From Proteromonas lacertae (Eukaryota), in the NCBI GenBank assembly GCA_002245135.1, contig NGBS01001176.1, positions 1-64,000 of the forward strand: DNA of 64,000 nucleotides, written 5' to 3'. Of the stretch, positions 39,549 through 50,449 are shown one piece after another (within the stretch, counting starts at the first letter, position 1; every line of letters starts with the position of its first letter). Below the pieces are notes generated by a model. That model searched no databases. It was not told the origin of the DNA and was given only the letters and a program-made list of their open reading frames with translations. The position numbers and the translations under genes are program-made.

Positions 39549-41595
39549 TCAATCCTCTATACTTAGTGATGACAGTTCCTCAAACTTGAGTTTATTTAAT
39601 GTTCCTGGTTTACATGATAATGAATCCCATTTGTAGTAATTACTGAAAGGAGGAATATTCAGATTACTTCCATCTATACATTTTTGAAGATGATTGAAAT
39701 TCCAATAAATATCCTTAGTCTTTACAGAAAAGAGGAGACTGTCAGTAACTGTCATTAAGAGTCTAACATCTTCTAGTGAATTAAGTAATTTCTTCATAAT
39801 ATTAGCAGTAGATGTTTGATGCATTTCCTTCGCATGAACTCTCATATCCTTTAATTGATCAATATGTTTAGACATATGTTTACTTTCCAAGAATGTTAGT
39901 ACTTTATATACTTTTGTTACTCTATATCCATGATCAACTACAAATTTGAGATTCTGATAATGGATGACATAATGTTCTTTAGGCAATAAGTCAGTAACTA
40001 GCTTTTCAGAGGAAACATATTTATGAACATCAGGATTTTTCTGATCATCCTCTTTTTGAGAGTATAATACTTCTAATTTTTCTTTTTGTATATCTGACAA
40101 TTCATCATAGTTAATCTTCCTTCTTGAAGGTAGAATAGGATATTCTCTTAAATATTTCTTATAATAGGAAATAGGCTCTATATCCACTTCTAACATATAT
40201 CCTGTAGTTTCAAAGGAATCATTCTTATCATAGAATTTAGTAGAATCTAATATCTCATGAAGTTTAGGACAACCAGGATCTTCATAACAATAAAGATGAT
40301 AATTCCTTATAGGAAGTTTGCATAAATACATTACTGAAGGATATAAGGAATTCATATCCTGATAAATAGTAAACTTTGAAGGTTTCTTTGGATCATAATC
40401 CTTCATATAGAAATTATTAGCATCTTCTTTCCTCTTTCCTATATAGGATAATCCTCCATATAATCCATTAAGAACTATCTTAACTGAACTTTCTTTCAAG
40501 AACAAATCCAAGGATAAACTAGGAATTGATACATACCAACAAGGATCAATTTGAAAGTGATTAAAGATGTTTTGTCTAAAATCCTCAAATACTGAACATA
40601 GGATATAAACATCAATACTTAAATAGAAATTACAATATTCTCCTATAGAAGTTTTTCCTTCAAACAAAATGTTATTCACTTCCATTGCAAACTTATATTC
40701 CTCTTCTGTCATTGTTGAATTGGATAAACTTGAATAGAAATCCTCAATCTTCAATTCCTTAAATTGATTATCATAAGGAAAGAAGTTTTTCTGAAGAAGA
40801 TACTTTTCAATGGATTGAATCAATGAACATTAATCTATCAAAGAATATAGCTTTATAATTTTCATTAGTAAAAGGAAGGATATACAATTTTAAACCAGTC
40901 TGCTTAGCAATTTCTGCAAGTTCTCTTATGATGAAATGTTGGTCATATCTCATAGCGTTATGACCTATTATAGGAATCTTGTATCCTTTTACTTTTATTG
41001 ATAAGTTCTCTTTGGAATGAATTGAAGCAATGTACTTTCCTGTGAAATGATTATGATGGAGGACTTTTGGATCAAAAGGAGTAAAAGGTTTTTTGCAAAA
41101 ATCACAAAATGTTTTACTCATATGAATAGCTAAATCTTCCTTATTCTCATCCCATTTTTTAGGATATAAATTTATTATGTTATATAAATGCTTTACATCT
41201 TTATATATTGCCATAATATCCTCTATAAATTCCTTTTCTAAATTTTCATCTTCTGATTTTTTAAAATTTAATACTGTTGTAGATTTTATTTGAGGAATTT
41301 TACTTTCAATATATAAACAATATGATTTTAACTTATGTTCATTTTTGAAGGATCTTAATGTTTTTGTCTTTTCCTGAGAATTATCAATAGGGACAATATA
41401 TGCTTCTGTATCGTAATATATAACAACAGGAATCATATCCTCTCTATTGGAATGTTCAAATTTCATAAATGCTTCATCACTATCTTTATCAGGAAAGATC
41501 CTTATTACATTATTAGGATTTTGACAATTTACTGTTTTGTGATTTGCAAATGATTTGTGATTGTAAGCATAAAAGGGACAATAAGGACAAACCAA
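39549..41595 (-). pseudogene. Protein-primed family B DNA polymerase (Polinton type), frameshifted and internally deleted
   Basis: ExoI YYDTEA; endonuclease-VII-like insert CDFC..HHNHFTGKY..H..NL; ExoII HNAMRYDQH; ExoIII Y..IDV; YGG; motif A YQDMNSLYP. Motif B KKLLNSL is fused almost directly to a degenerate motif C (TVTDSL). Confidence 0.9.
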
Positions 41596-41679
41596 AGGTT
41601 CATTAATCTAGTTTTAAAACCAAAGGTTCCACCTCCTTTACCTCCAAGACCTCCAAAATTTTAGAAACAAAATTTAAAA

Positions 41680-41990
41680 CTATATAATTTTTATTCTTTT
41701 TCTTTTATTATTGTGTGTAAACAATTTGGTATACAATTTCACTAATAATTGTGTCTTTCTTCTAGTATTATTGTTAACACATAATCTAACCCAATGACCT
41801 ATTTTACTTACAGGATCTTTAGTTGTAGTAGTACAAAGTATAACACACCAAACATCATCATTTTTATATAGTTGACCTATTTTGCTTAGTTCATCCCACA
41901 GTATAACACCTTTAAAATACTTTAATAATCTAGGAAACATTTTTTAATGATCTATTTTTTGTTTCATTAAATTACGTCTCAGTGCTTTAT
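41680..41990 (-). pseudogene. Truncated adenain-like protease, homolog of 19420-20055
   Basis: FKGVILWDELSKI..W.VILCT...KDP.SKIGHWV aligns with FGGVFLWDEIKSI..WGVIICT...KDP.EKIGHWV; the Asp/Cys half is missing. Confidence 0.85.
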
Positions 41991-42025
41991 TTCTCTACTA
42001 AAGATAATATATTAGAATGTTAATA

Positions 42026-42571
42026 TTATACCATTTGCATCTGCATCTTCATTTGGTTAACAGGATCACTCATAATTTGTGCCATCTTCATTTTTGCTTC
42101 AGCTTGTTGTCTTGCCATAGCATTATAATCAGGTCTATTTGAATTAGCATAGATAGCAGAACCAAATAAGTGTTGATCATCAAGTTCTCTATAACTTCTT
42201 GCAATTGGATTTGCCATACTATTACCTAATCTAAGAGAACTAGCTAGTTGTTGATCTACTGCATTTTGTCTCTCTAATAGTTTTTGTTGAGAAGTAAGAT
42301 CCATTATTTTTTCATCAAATGCATCTTTATTTTTTGAAATTGCTTTTTGTTCGTTTAATTTACCTATATATTGTTTTATTTCATCCAATTCAGTGTTTCT
42401 TGATCCTATTCTTTTACTTAGAACATCATTGGTAGTGTCATTATAGAATTTGCTGTAAAGTGATTGATAATACTTGTTATGACCTTTAAAACTATGCTTT
42501 CTTCTTTTCTTTCTTGATACACTTTTAATCCGCTTCTCTAAGAGCTTTTTTAACTGATTTTTTGTAACCAT
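42026..42571 (-). CDS. Basic/coiled-coil viral protein (homolog of 20744-21337)
   Basis: 181 aa with RKKRRKH and ANPIARSY. Confidence 0.6.
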   Translation of the reverse strand: MVTKNQLKKLLEKRIKSVSRKKRRKHSFKGHNKYYQSLYSKFYNDTTNDVLSKRIGSRNTELDEIKQYIGKLNEQKAISKNKDAFDEKIMDLTSQQKLLERQNAVDQQLASSLRLGNSMANPIARSYRELDDQHLFGSAIYANSNRPDYNAMARQQAEAKMKMAQIMSDPVNQMKMQMQMV

Positions 42572-42616
42572 TATAAAACAAACAAAATATGAAGTGTATA
42601 GTTATTATGATAATTA

Positions 42617-43207
42617 TTACTTAACATAAATAGGCTCGATAGGCTCGCCTTGTATTGGTCTTCCCATAATATCATTACCTAAAGGTTTTGATTCATCTTC
42701 TTCTGGCTCATCTTCTTTACTAGTATCTTTTGGTTTACGTTCTTTCTTTATTGGATTAGATCCTTTCTCTAATTTCTTCATTAATCTAGCATTCTTATCT
42801 CTTTCTTCTTTTAAAGCAATCTGTAATTCTGCTTTAGTCATTCTGCTTGGTGGTGGTAATGTATCCCCACTATCTTTAGATCTCCGTTTACCTTTACCTT
42901 TTACTGGTTCATCTAAAGCATCTTTGTCTTTCTTTGATCTTCTTTTTGTAGTAGGTGATCTTGAACGATGTCTCTTATGTTTACTATGTTTTCTATCACT
43001 ATCATCGTCATCTTCACTTGTGAGCATCTTATATACTTTCTTTGGTGAACTCTTCATTAAGAACTGTTTAATCATCTCTTCACTTGGTTCACTAGGATCG
43101 ATTCTTGAAGTTGATTTCAATTCAGGAAGTTTGTCTTCTAACTCACTCTCAGTTGATGTGACTGAACTTGTATCACTAGAATAATCATTAGATTCTGATT
43201 CACTCAT
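42617..43207 (-). CDS. Highly charged hypothetical viral protein
   Basis: 196-aa ORF, S/D/E- and K/R-rich, with a short coiled coil. Confidence 0.55.
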   Translation of the reverse strand: MSESESNDYSSDTSSVTSTESELEDKLPELKSTSRIDPSEPSEEMIKQFLMKSSPKKVYKMLTSEDDDDSDRKHSKHKRHRSRSPTTKRRSKKDKDALDEPVKGKGKRRSKDSGDTLPPPSRMTKAELQIALKEERDKNARLMKKLEKGSNPIKKERKPKDTSKEDEPEEDESKPLGNDIMGRPIQGEPIEPIYVK

Positions 43208-43300
43208 TTATTTCTATGCAAATTTTAAAAGCCCGCCAAAAACACAAAATTTAATAATAATAATAATATTTATGTAATTATGTCATTTTGTTAAGGTAAA

Positions 43301-43615
43301 TTACATACGTGCAACTTTTGTTTTTAAGTATGCATTTAGTAACGCTTGCTGATTACTACCTCCTCCATTGAATGGCATTCTAGCTCCTCCTCTTCTTCCA
43401 TGTCTTCTTCTACGTCTACCGAATCCCACCTTTTCTAATGCATCTGCGATATTATCTTTACCAAACTCTCTTGCGATCTTTGAACCTATCTTGTGTTCTC
43501 TAGCCCAATCGTATGCTTTCTTTCCCCAATTTTTAGCTTTTCCCCACAATGATTTTAACGAACCACCTTTGTGTCTTCTTCGATGTCTTCTATGTCTTCT
43601 ACCACCTAAAACCAT
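43301..43615 (-). CDS. Arg-rich core precursor with a protein-VI-like amphipathic helix
   Basis: MVLGG-RRHRRHRRRHKGG-SLKSLWGKAKNWGKKAYDWA...VGFG-RRRRR..RRGG-A. Confidence 0.75.
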   Translation of the reverse strand: MVLGGRRHRRHRRRHKGGSLKSLWGKAKNWGKKAYDWAREHKIGSKIAREFGKDNIADALEKVGFGRRRRRHGRRGGARMPFNGGGSNQQALLNAYLKTKVARM

Positions 43616-43674
43616 TATGATAATATATTAAAAACCAATAAACAACAAAGAATAAAAAACAAAAAATTAAAGTA

Positions 43675-44115
43675 CTAAAGTACTCTTATCTTATTATCAG
43701 GATAACGATTAAGTGCATTATTACCACTATGACTGCTTTTTCTATGACGACGTCTTCCTGAACCTTTATTTCCTTTATAAGTTCCACCAGGTCCTTTAAT
43801 CCAATTTTTTCTAGCTATTGAAAGACCACTACCACTATGACTTGCTTTCCATTTCAAGTATGGTTCGAGTGATTTTGGTCCACCCACTAAATCATATTTT
43901 GGATTCATCATACCACCTCTTCTACTCTTTCTATGCCTTCTACGACCATAACCTAATAACTTGGCAATACCACCAGTAAGTTTACCAGCCCATCCTGGAA
44001 TCATACTTAAACCAGTTGATATTGCTTTAGTTTCTTTAAGTCCTTTATTTAAATCTCCCCAGAAACCTTTTCCTACAACACACTTGCGTTATTTCTTTTT
44101 ACTTTTCTTAGGCAT
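43675..44115 (-). pseudogene. Gly/Arg-rich core or membrane-active precursor with an in-frame TAA at codon 9
   Basis: MPKKSKKK*RKCVVGKG-FWGDLNKGLKETKAISTGLSMIPG...AKLLGYG-RRRHRKSRRGG-M...LVGG-P. Confidence 0.65.
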
Positions 44116-44182
44116 AATAATATTACAAATAATTACTATATTGACATTATTGACATTACATTGACCATAAAATAAAAAAATT

Positions 44183-44548
44183 ATGTCAGACGGACCTATT
44201 CCTCAAAGAACTTTTTCAGGTGGTATAACTACACAGTTAGATGCTCAACATCCTATATATAAACAACAGCCTTCTCAGACAGAACAAGAGACCCAAGCTG
44301 ATCAAGAATTATATTCTACATTGAATAAGTTACCGCCAGAAGCTAAATCTATGCTAAACAGTATCAATGGTTTTTCATTCCAAGAAGCAATCAATGAAAT
44401 AGATCCACAACCAGTTCAGCAACCTCAAGTAGTTCAGCAACCACCACCACCACCACCACCTCCTACACCTCAAACAGATAGCAATAATAATGCTAAACCT
44501 GCTTATAATCCATATGCTTATAATAACATTGGTCTTATGAATGCTTAA
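44183..44548 (+). CDS. Gln/Pro-rich hypothetical viral protein
   Basis: 121-aa ATG-TAA ORF containing FSGG. Confidence 0.5.
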   Translation: MSDGPIPQRTFSGGITTQLDAQHPIYKQQPSQTEQETQADQELYSTLNKLPPEAKSMLNSINGFSFQEAINEIDPQPVQQPQVVQQPPPPPPPPTPQTDSNNNAKPAYNPYAYNNIGLMNA

Positions 44549-44600
44549 CATAATTATTAAAAATATATTCGTTTTATTATTTTAAATTTTGTTTTGTGCT

Positions 44601-45122
44601 ATGAGCAACTCAAAAACAATTCACATTCTTCAGATTATAGACGATGATGTTAGCGATGCTGAGAAGGAGCAAAAAGAGGAGCAAAAACGAGATGATAAAG
44701 AAAGATCTGCCAAAAAGAGAAAGAGAGAGTTAGAAGACGTCTACAATTATTTATATGGAGAGGCAGAGTGTACAGATAGTGAGGATGAGGAAGAAGATGA
44801 TGCTAATGCTTCTGATGCCGATAGTGAAGGAAACTTGAAAGGCTTTATTGTAGATAGTGATGATGACGATGAGGACTACACTATGGAAGAAGATGAAACA
44901 GATTTAAGTGATTGGGAAAATGACGAAGACTTAGAAGACATTTTGAATCAGAATGCTAGCTCAGAGATATGTACAACTAAAAGAAAGATTATGACTGCTA
45001 TATCAGATTCATTAGACAGTTTAAACCCTAAAAAAAGAAAGCATTTAATCAAGCCTAACAAACAAACCAACGGAAGCAATTCCTTTGATAATCAAGAGGA
45101 AGAAGTGTTAAGTGATTCTTGA
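44601..45122 (+). CDS. Acidic hypothetical viral protein with NLS-like motifs
   Basis: D/E-rich, with GNLKGFIVDSD, KKRKR and PKKRK. Confidence 0.5.
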   Translation: MSNSKTIHILQIIDDDVSDAEKEQKEEQKRDDKERSAKKRKRELEDVYNYLYGEAECTDSEDEEEDDANASDADSEGNLKGFIVDSDDDDEDYTMEEDETDLSDWENDEDLEDILNQNASSEICTTKRKIMTAISDSLDSLNPKKRKHLIKPNKQTNGSNSFDNQEEEVLSDS

Positions 45123-45167
45123 ACTAATTAATTAATTAATTCTTTTTTTATTTTTTACTTATTGTTT

Positions 45168-45725
45168 ATGAGTAATATACCCATAAAAACAGAATCTATA
45201 CCATTACCTTTACCTCCACCTCCTGCACCTCCAGCTAGATCACCAATACTTATAATTAGAGACGATCCAGAAAATAAAAGACCTGCTCCTTCAAATGAAG
45301 ATCCTATAGATGTTTTAGAAAGCCATGCAGAGAGTAGATTACCAATATGTATTGAAGGTTCAAGAGTAATTGCTAGTATTGAAGAAATACAATATACATT
45401 GGAATTATTTAAGTTATCTTTATCGAAATTCAAACCAAGTCTTAGAACATTGAATAGTTTAACAGCAAATCAAGCAGATTCATTATGTAAAGAAATAGAT
45501 TTAATTATAGATCTTACAGAAAATCAATCAGTTCCTTATAGTACAATAGTAGGTGCAATAAGAAGATTACTCATTATGTACAATCAGTATTTTAGAGATA
45601 ACTGGCACTTGGAAGCTAACCAGAAATTGTATTTCAAAGTTTACTTATTTACCCAATTTGAAAAAACATGTTTCAATTTCTATAGTTCTTTAGTTAATAT
45701 AGTATATGTAAATGCTTTTAATTAA
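45168..45725 (+). CDS. Hypothetical viral protein
   Basis: Pro-rich N-terminus and helical C-terminus; its stop abuts the convergent ORF. Confidence 0.5.
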   Translation: MSNIPIKTESIPLPLPPPPAPPARSPILIIRDDPENKRPAPSNEDPIDVLESHAESRLPICIEGSRVIASIEEIQYTLELFKLSLSKFKPSLRTLNSLTANQADSLCKEIDLIIDLTENQSVPYSTIVGAIRRLLIMYNQYFRDNWHLEANQKLYFKVYLFTQFEKTCFNFYSSLVNIVYVNAFN

Positions 45726-46139
45726 TTATTTGGTTTCTTTGATTTTTGTGTAAAGATCTAATTCTTCCAACAACACTTTGATAACTGAACCATACTCGTT
45801 AATATGATACTTAGGAGGAGGCATCTGTAAGTTTACAGCATATTGTTTAACCAATTTTACAAACCAATCGAATAGATTCTGAGCTTCAACTACTATTGTG
45901 TCTGGAACTGGCTTTCTCATCTTATTAGCATACTTATTAATATGTCCTAACAATAATTGAGATACACTATTAAATTTGGTAATGTCTTCATTCTTACATA
46001 TGATATAGTTTTGAGCTGCAGTCTTAATTAAACCTAGGATAGTTTCAATAAATGCTCTAAGCACATTGATTTCTTTAACAAATAAATATACTGGTTTCTT
46101 AGCTCTCTGCTCTATTACAAATATACTATCTGAATCCAT
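45726..46139 (-). CDS. Hypothetical viral protein
   Basis: 137-aa ATG-TAA ORF. Confidence 0.5.
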   Translation of the reverse strand: MDSDSIFVIEQRAKKPVYLFVKEINVLRAFIETILGLIKTAAQNYIICKNEDITKFNSVSQLLLGHINKYANKMRKPVPDTIVVEAQNLFDWFVKLVKQYAVNLQMPPPKYHINEYGSVIKVLLEELDLYTKIKETK

Positions 46140-46287
46140 TTATGTTGAAGAAGGGTTATGAAAATATTCTATTAAAAAACCGCTAATTAGCATATTCGCG
46201 CCTCAAACTTCGAACCATAAAATGCATGAAACGGATATAAAATCTTAATTCTAACATTTTATTGGATATCTAATAATCATAATAATC

Positions 46288-46974
46288 ATGTCATCAAAAA
46301 TAGAAAACGGAGTCAATTTTATCACTTTCAATCCTTCAGATAACATGTATGTCAAGTTTAGAGGGTATATGCTTAGAGCAGAATTAGCTAAGTCTGGCAA
46401 ATGTCATTACATTACTTTCACTCCTGCTAGATATTTACTATTTAATCGTCAGCCGATTATGGATTTCAATGCTCAAGTAAAGGAGACTATTAAAAATGTT
46501 TGTGTCGAATCAACAATTAAATTTACAGAAGATATTAAAATGAAGAATTCCTATCAGCAATTTGGATTAAATTTAGTAATTCCATTAGATAATGATAACA
46601 ATCAACTGAAATGTACTGCATGGAACAACATTATCAGTGATCCAACTTCTCACTTATTGAAGTATTGTGATTTTGAAGTAAGAATTAGACAGTGTATGGT
46701 TTTATCATCAATGCAGAACAATACTCCGTATTATACTGTTTTACCTAAATTTGAAATATATTCAAGTTTTGCACCAGTTGAAGATATTCCAGTACCATCT
46801 ACAGATGTACAACAACAACAACAACAACAACAACCAGTAGTTAATCAATCAGTCACAATGGCATTTCAACCACCAACAATACCATACACTAGCAATAGCA
46901 CTGGTTATAATCCATTTGTTTCAAGTTCTCAAATTGCTCAACAACAACAACAACAACAACAACAACCCAAGTAA
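46288..46974 (+). CDS. Beta-rich hypothetical viral protein with poly-Q tail (possible ssDNA-binding protein)
   Basis: 228 aa; aromatic, beta-strand-like N-terminal domain and a disordered Q-rich tail. Confidence 0.5.
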   Translation: MSSKIENGVNFITFNPSDNMYVKFRGYMLRAELAKSGKCHYITFTPARYLLFNRQPIMDFNAQVKETIKNVCVESTIKFTEDIKMKNSYQQFGLNLVIPLDNDNNQLKCTAWNNIISDPTSHLLKYCDFEVRIRQCMVLSSMQNNTPYYTVLPKFEIYSSFAPVEDIPVPSTDVQQQQQQQQPVVNQSVTMAFQPPTIPYTSNSTGYNPFVSSSQIAQQQQQQQQQPK

Positions 46975-47024
46975 ACAACAACAAAAAAAATGAAACAAAG
47001 AAGATTAATTAAAATTATATTGAA

Positions 47025-47948
47025 TTAAAATCCAGCTACTCTTTTTTTATAGGGTAATATAATTGATTGAGGCACTAACATACAATTAGTTTCAAATTCT
47101 TTAGGAATACTTCCTTTGTATGCTAAAATAATACAATTTGTATCACCATTAGGATATTGAAATAGTTCTAACGTCTGAAATTTACCACTGTTTGTTTGAA
47201 ATACTAAATCAACACTGAATACTTGATTATCTTTATCAGGATCTGGTTCACTACTAATATCTAAATTATCAAATAACTTTTGAATAAAAGTAGTTATTAC
47301 AGGACTCTCAGTATTTGTTGAAATTGAAAACATAGGAGTTACATAGGTAGTGTTCATCTTATAATAATTTAATATATCTATTTTCAAGTATTGTTCATAA
47401 GCTTCAAATCTTGCATAAATGTATTTTGTTAAGGAAGTAAGTTCACCATTTAAATACATGTATAATCTATCATCTATTCTCTTTATTAATCTATTCTCAT
47501 CATCTCCTTTGATTACATTATATGTATCTTTTACAAATTTATACATACAATCATGAGGACATTCATTCCATCCTATATTATATTGAATGCCGGTTGCTAT
47601 ATCAAAAGTATCAGTTATTGCAGGTGCATTATAATAACATTCTCTAACCATAGCAAATAAACTAGCATCATATTTATCTATAAGAGTCTCACCAATTATC
47701 ACATCAACAATACTTTTAATCATCTCATATATATTTCTTTCATCTGGTTCTAACCAAGCCTTACCAATCACATTATTGAATTCATTTCTATTAGTCGCTA
47801 CGTCTGCAATAACATCTTTCATCATTTCTCTAATTGTTTTATCATCATCAGCTTTCTTACCTAAATTGTTTGTTATCGTTGTAATAGACTTAGTTATAGC
47901 ACCTGTGTCTATTGAAACAGCTTGTTTTTTTAAGGGACCACCAAACAT
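47025..47948 (-). CDS. Putative virion structural protein beginning MFGG
   Basis: Co-oriented downstream of the capsid genes; N-terminal MFGG fits the adenain (M/I/L)xGG consensus. Confidence 0.5.
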   Translation of the reverse strand: MFGGPLKKQAVSIDTGAITKSITTITNNLGKKADDDKTIREMMKDVIADVATNRNEFNNVIGKAWLEPDERNIYEMIKSIVDVIIGETLIDKYDASLFAMVRECYYNAPAITDTFDIATGIQYNIGWNECPHDCMYKFVKDTYNVIKGDDENRLIKRIDDRLYMYLNGELTSLTKYIYARFEAYEQYLKIDILNYYKMNTTYVTPMFSISTNTESPVITTFIQKLFDNLDISSEPDPDKDNQVFSVDLVFQTNSGKFQTLELFQYPNGDTNCIILAYKGSIPKEFETNCMLVPQSIILPYKKRVAGF

Positions 47949-48095
47949 AAAAAATAATAAAAGAATGATAAAAATTAAGTTACTAGCATTATGAGGATTA
48001 TTCTGAATCATCATCAGTATCGGACGAATCAGAGGAAGAAGAGGACGAATTACTGCATATCTATTTTCTGTTGTTTGACCTCCACCTGTTTGAGT

Positions 48096-49130
48096 TCATT
48101 CGATCCATGGTCTATAGATAATGTAACGTAAGAATGGTCCATTTGAACTGTTCAATGTAAAGGAATAGTTAAATTGTCCAGATCCACCTTGATTTACTGT
48201 TAATGTATGACACTTTACATCATTGAACTGAATTGGTTTAGATAAACAGTAACTTCTTGTATTGTTATTACATTGAGTATCCTTATTCAAATAAGCATAG
48301 AAATAAAAATTCTTGAATTTAATTGAATCTGGTCTTATTCCATCTGCAGGCCAGTTTATTGTTGTAGCTGCGCCTTTATCATTATTAAAACCCATAATTT
48401 GTCCAAATTTAGGACTTTGTTGGAAATTGAAACATAAATACATTCTCTTTCCAAAGAATACATCACTTTTCATTGATAAAAATGTATTGTAAAATTTACC
48501 TAAAAACATCTTTACATGAATAGTTTTAGACTTCTTATACTGTTGATATTTATCTTCTGATCCAGTAACTGTAAGTTGTGTAGCTCCATCTTTATCCATT
48601 TCCCATTCATTCTCATCTTGAATTAAATGATCATGGTATTCATCATTCCATTTTAATTGAATTCCATCATAATAATTTGATTGATAAAAAATGTCAGATC
48701 TTTTTCTCACTAATTCATCCATAAACACTCTATAGTGTTCATAATTGTCATCAAGCTTAACTAGATCTGTTCCTGTATTATTACATAAACGAAATGCTGC
48801 TAATCCAAATCCTTCTTTCATTCCTTTTATATACTTTGGATATATATTATCACTAGCTGCTACATTACCACTAAGATCAATTTTTTTAAATGCATCTGCT
48901 TTAGCAAGCGGAGTAGTTTCAACTTCGATATCATATTGAATGTAAGACTTTGCAAGGTTTATAATGTTCTCACCACTTAATTCGAACCTTATTTCATCTG
49001 AATAAGTATTATCTTTAAGTTGATAGAATGATTTAGTTTCCATTGGTGTCAACTTGACATACTGGTAAAAGGCCATCATTGCTGGAACGTCTACACTGTG
49101 TTTTTGCTCTTTTGGGATAGTTAGAGACAT
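48096..49130 (-). pseudogene. Double jelly-roll major capsid protein, C-terminally truncated
   Basis: EIRFELSGENIINLAKSYIQYDIE resembles the Polinton/PLV major capsid N-terminal strands. The ORF is beta-rich, adjacent to the penton, and ends abruptly early in the second domain. Confidence 0.7.
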
Positions 49131-49160
49131 CAGAAACACAAAATAAAAATAAAATAAAAA

Positions 49161-50126
49161 TTAGACTTTAAAGACAACAATATCTAAATTAAACTCGATA
49201 TTATCAAGATTGAGTTCATAACCATTTTGTTGAGTAATCTGAATTGTAATTTGACCATTGGTATAAGTATTATTGAACATTTTACTAGTATTAAGAATGT
49301 CATTGTTCTGGTATGTAATGAATGGTAACTCAGGGTTTGCTATTGGTATATTTTCTAACACATTTGAATCTTGAATGATGTTTACAATATCTAAACGAAT
49401 GGATATCGCACTAACCCATATAAGCGATGGACGATATGGTAATTGAGTAAATGGGAAATCTACTGAAAATGCAGCTAATGCTTTTTCTGTTTCTTGAGGT
49501 CCTGGAACAAATTTATCATAACATAACCAATAGTTATTATTTGGAATACCTAATATCTTGTAGGCTAAATCTTTTGTTACTATTTCTATTTTTGAAATCC
49601 AAAAAATAGGTTTTGTTAAACTATATAATGCATTCATTTTACTTGCAATTTTTAAATGTCTGGTATGTTCATCATCTTTATCATCTAGCTTAAATAAATC
49701 ACCATTACCTTCTATTACAGGTGTATATAGTATATCCTTAACTATAAACAAATCATCATCAGGAATTTCGAAATCTAAATATTTTATTGAACGTATTCCA
49801 TCATTGATTAACTTAAGAATCTGATTCTCATCATAAAAACCTTCAGGAATTTGTACTGATACACATACTGTGGGTTTTTCTGGCGCTGTGCCATCTTCTT
49901 TATCATAATCACATGTAAATAAGAACTGAAACGTATCGTTTGTCTCTGCTTGTATAGTAGGGAAAGAATTAGGGACAACTGCGTGTAATAACGACACATG
50001 AGTATAATCTTGATCAAATGATGGTAAGGCTTAGGTCTTTTTGTATCTATTCCCTACTCCAAATGTCCCTGTAGTCATCACCATATCAGAATTTAAATAA
50101 TAAACACGGTGATTAGAGACTAACAT
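49161..50126 (-). pseudogene. Minor capsid protein (penton) with one in-frame TAA at 50031-50033
   Basis: YYLNSD, VSLLHAVVPNSFPTI, VQIPEGFYD..ILKLI, and C-terminal LENIPI..ITYQN..ITIQITQQNG.ELNLDNIEF.L. This is the typical Polinton/virophage penton pattern. Confidence 0.8.
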
Positions 50127-50449
50127 TTTGAAAAAAAATAATAATGTCAATATTGGTAATATTAGTAATATTGACACTATTTTTATTTTATGGAAGATAA
50201 TAAAAAACCTAAACATAGAACAGTTCCATTCAAATTAACAGAATTAGACAAACAAAGTAATCATCAGAAGCTTCAGAAAAGACGGTAAAATCAGAGCTCC
50301 CACAAAATCGAAATTATATCATTTAATTTCAGGATCAAAATCAAGACTTACATACTCAGAGATAAGATATATATTGAAATACATCGAAGATGAGTACAAA
50401 TATTACATAGAATCAAAGTTTAAGACAGGTTGTTTAAATCTTGTAGGCT

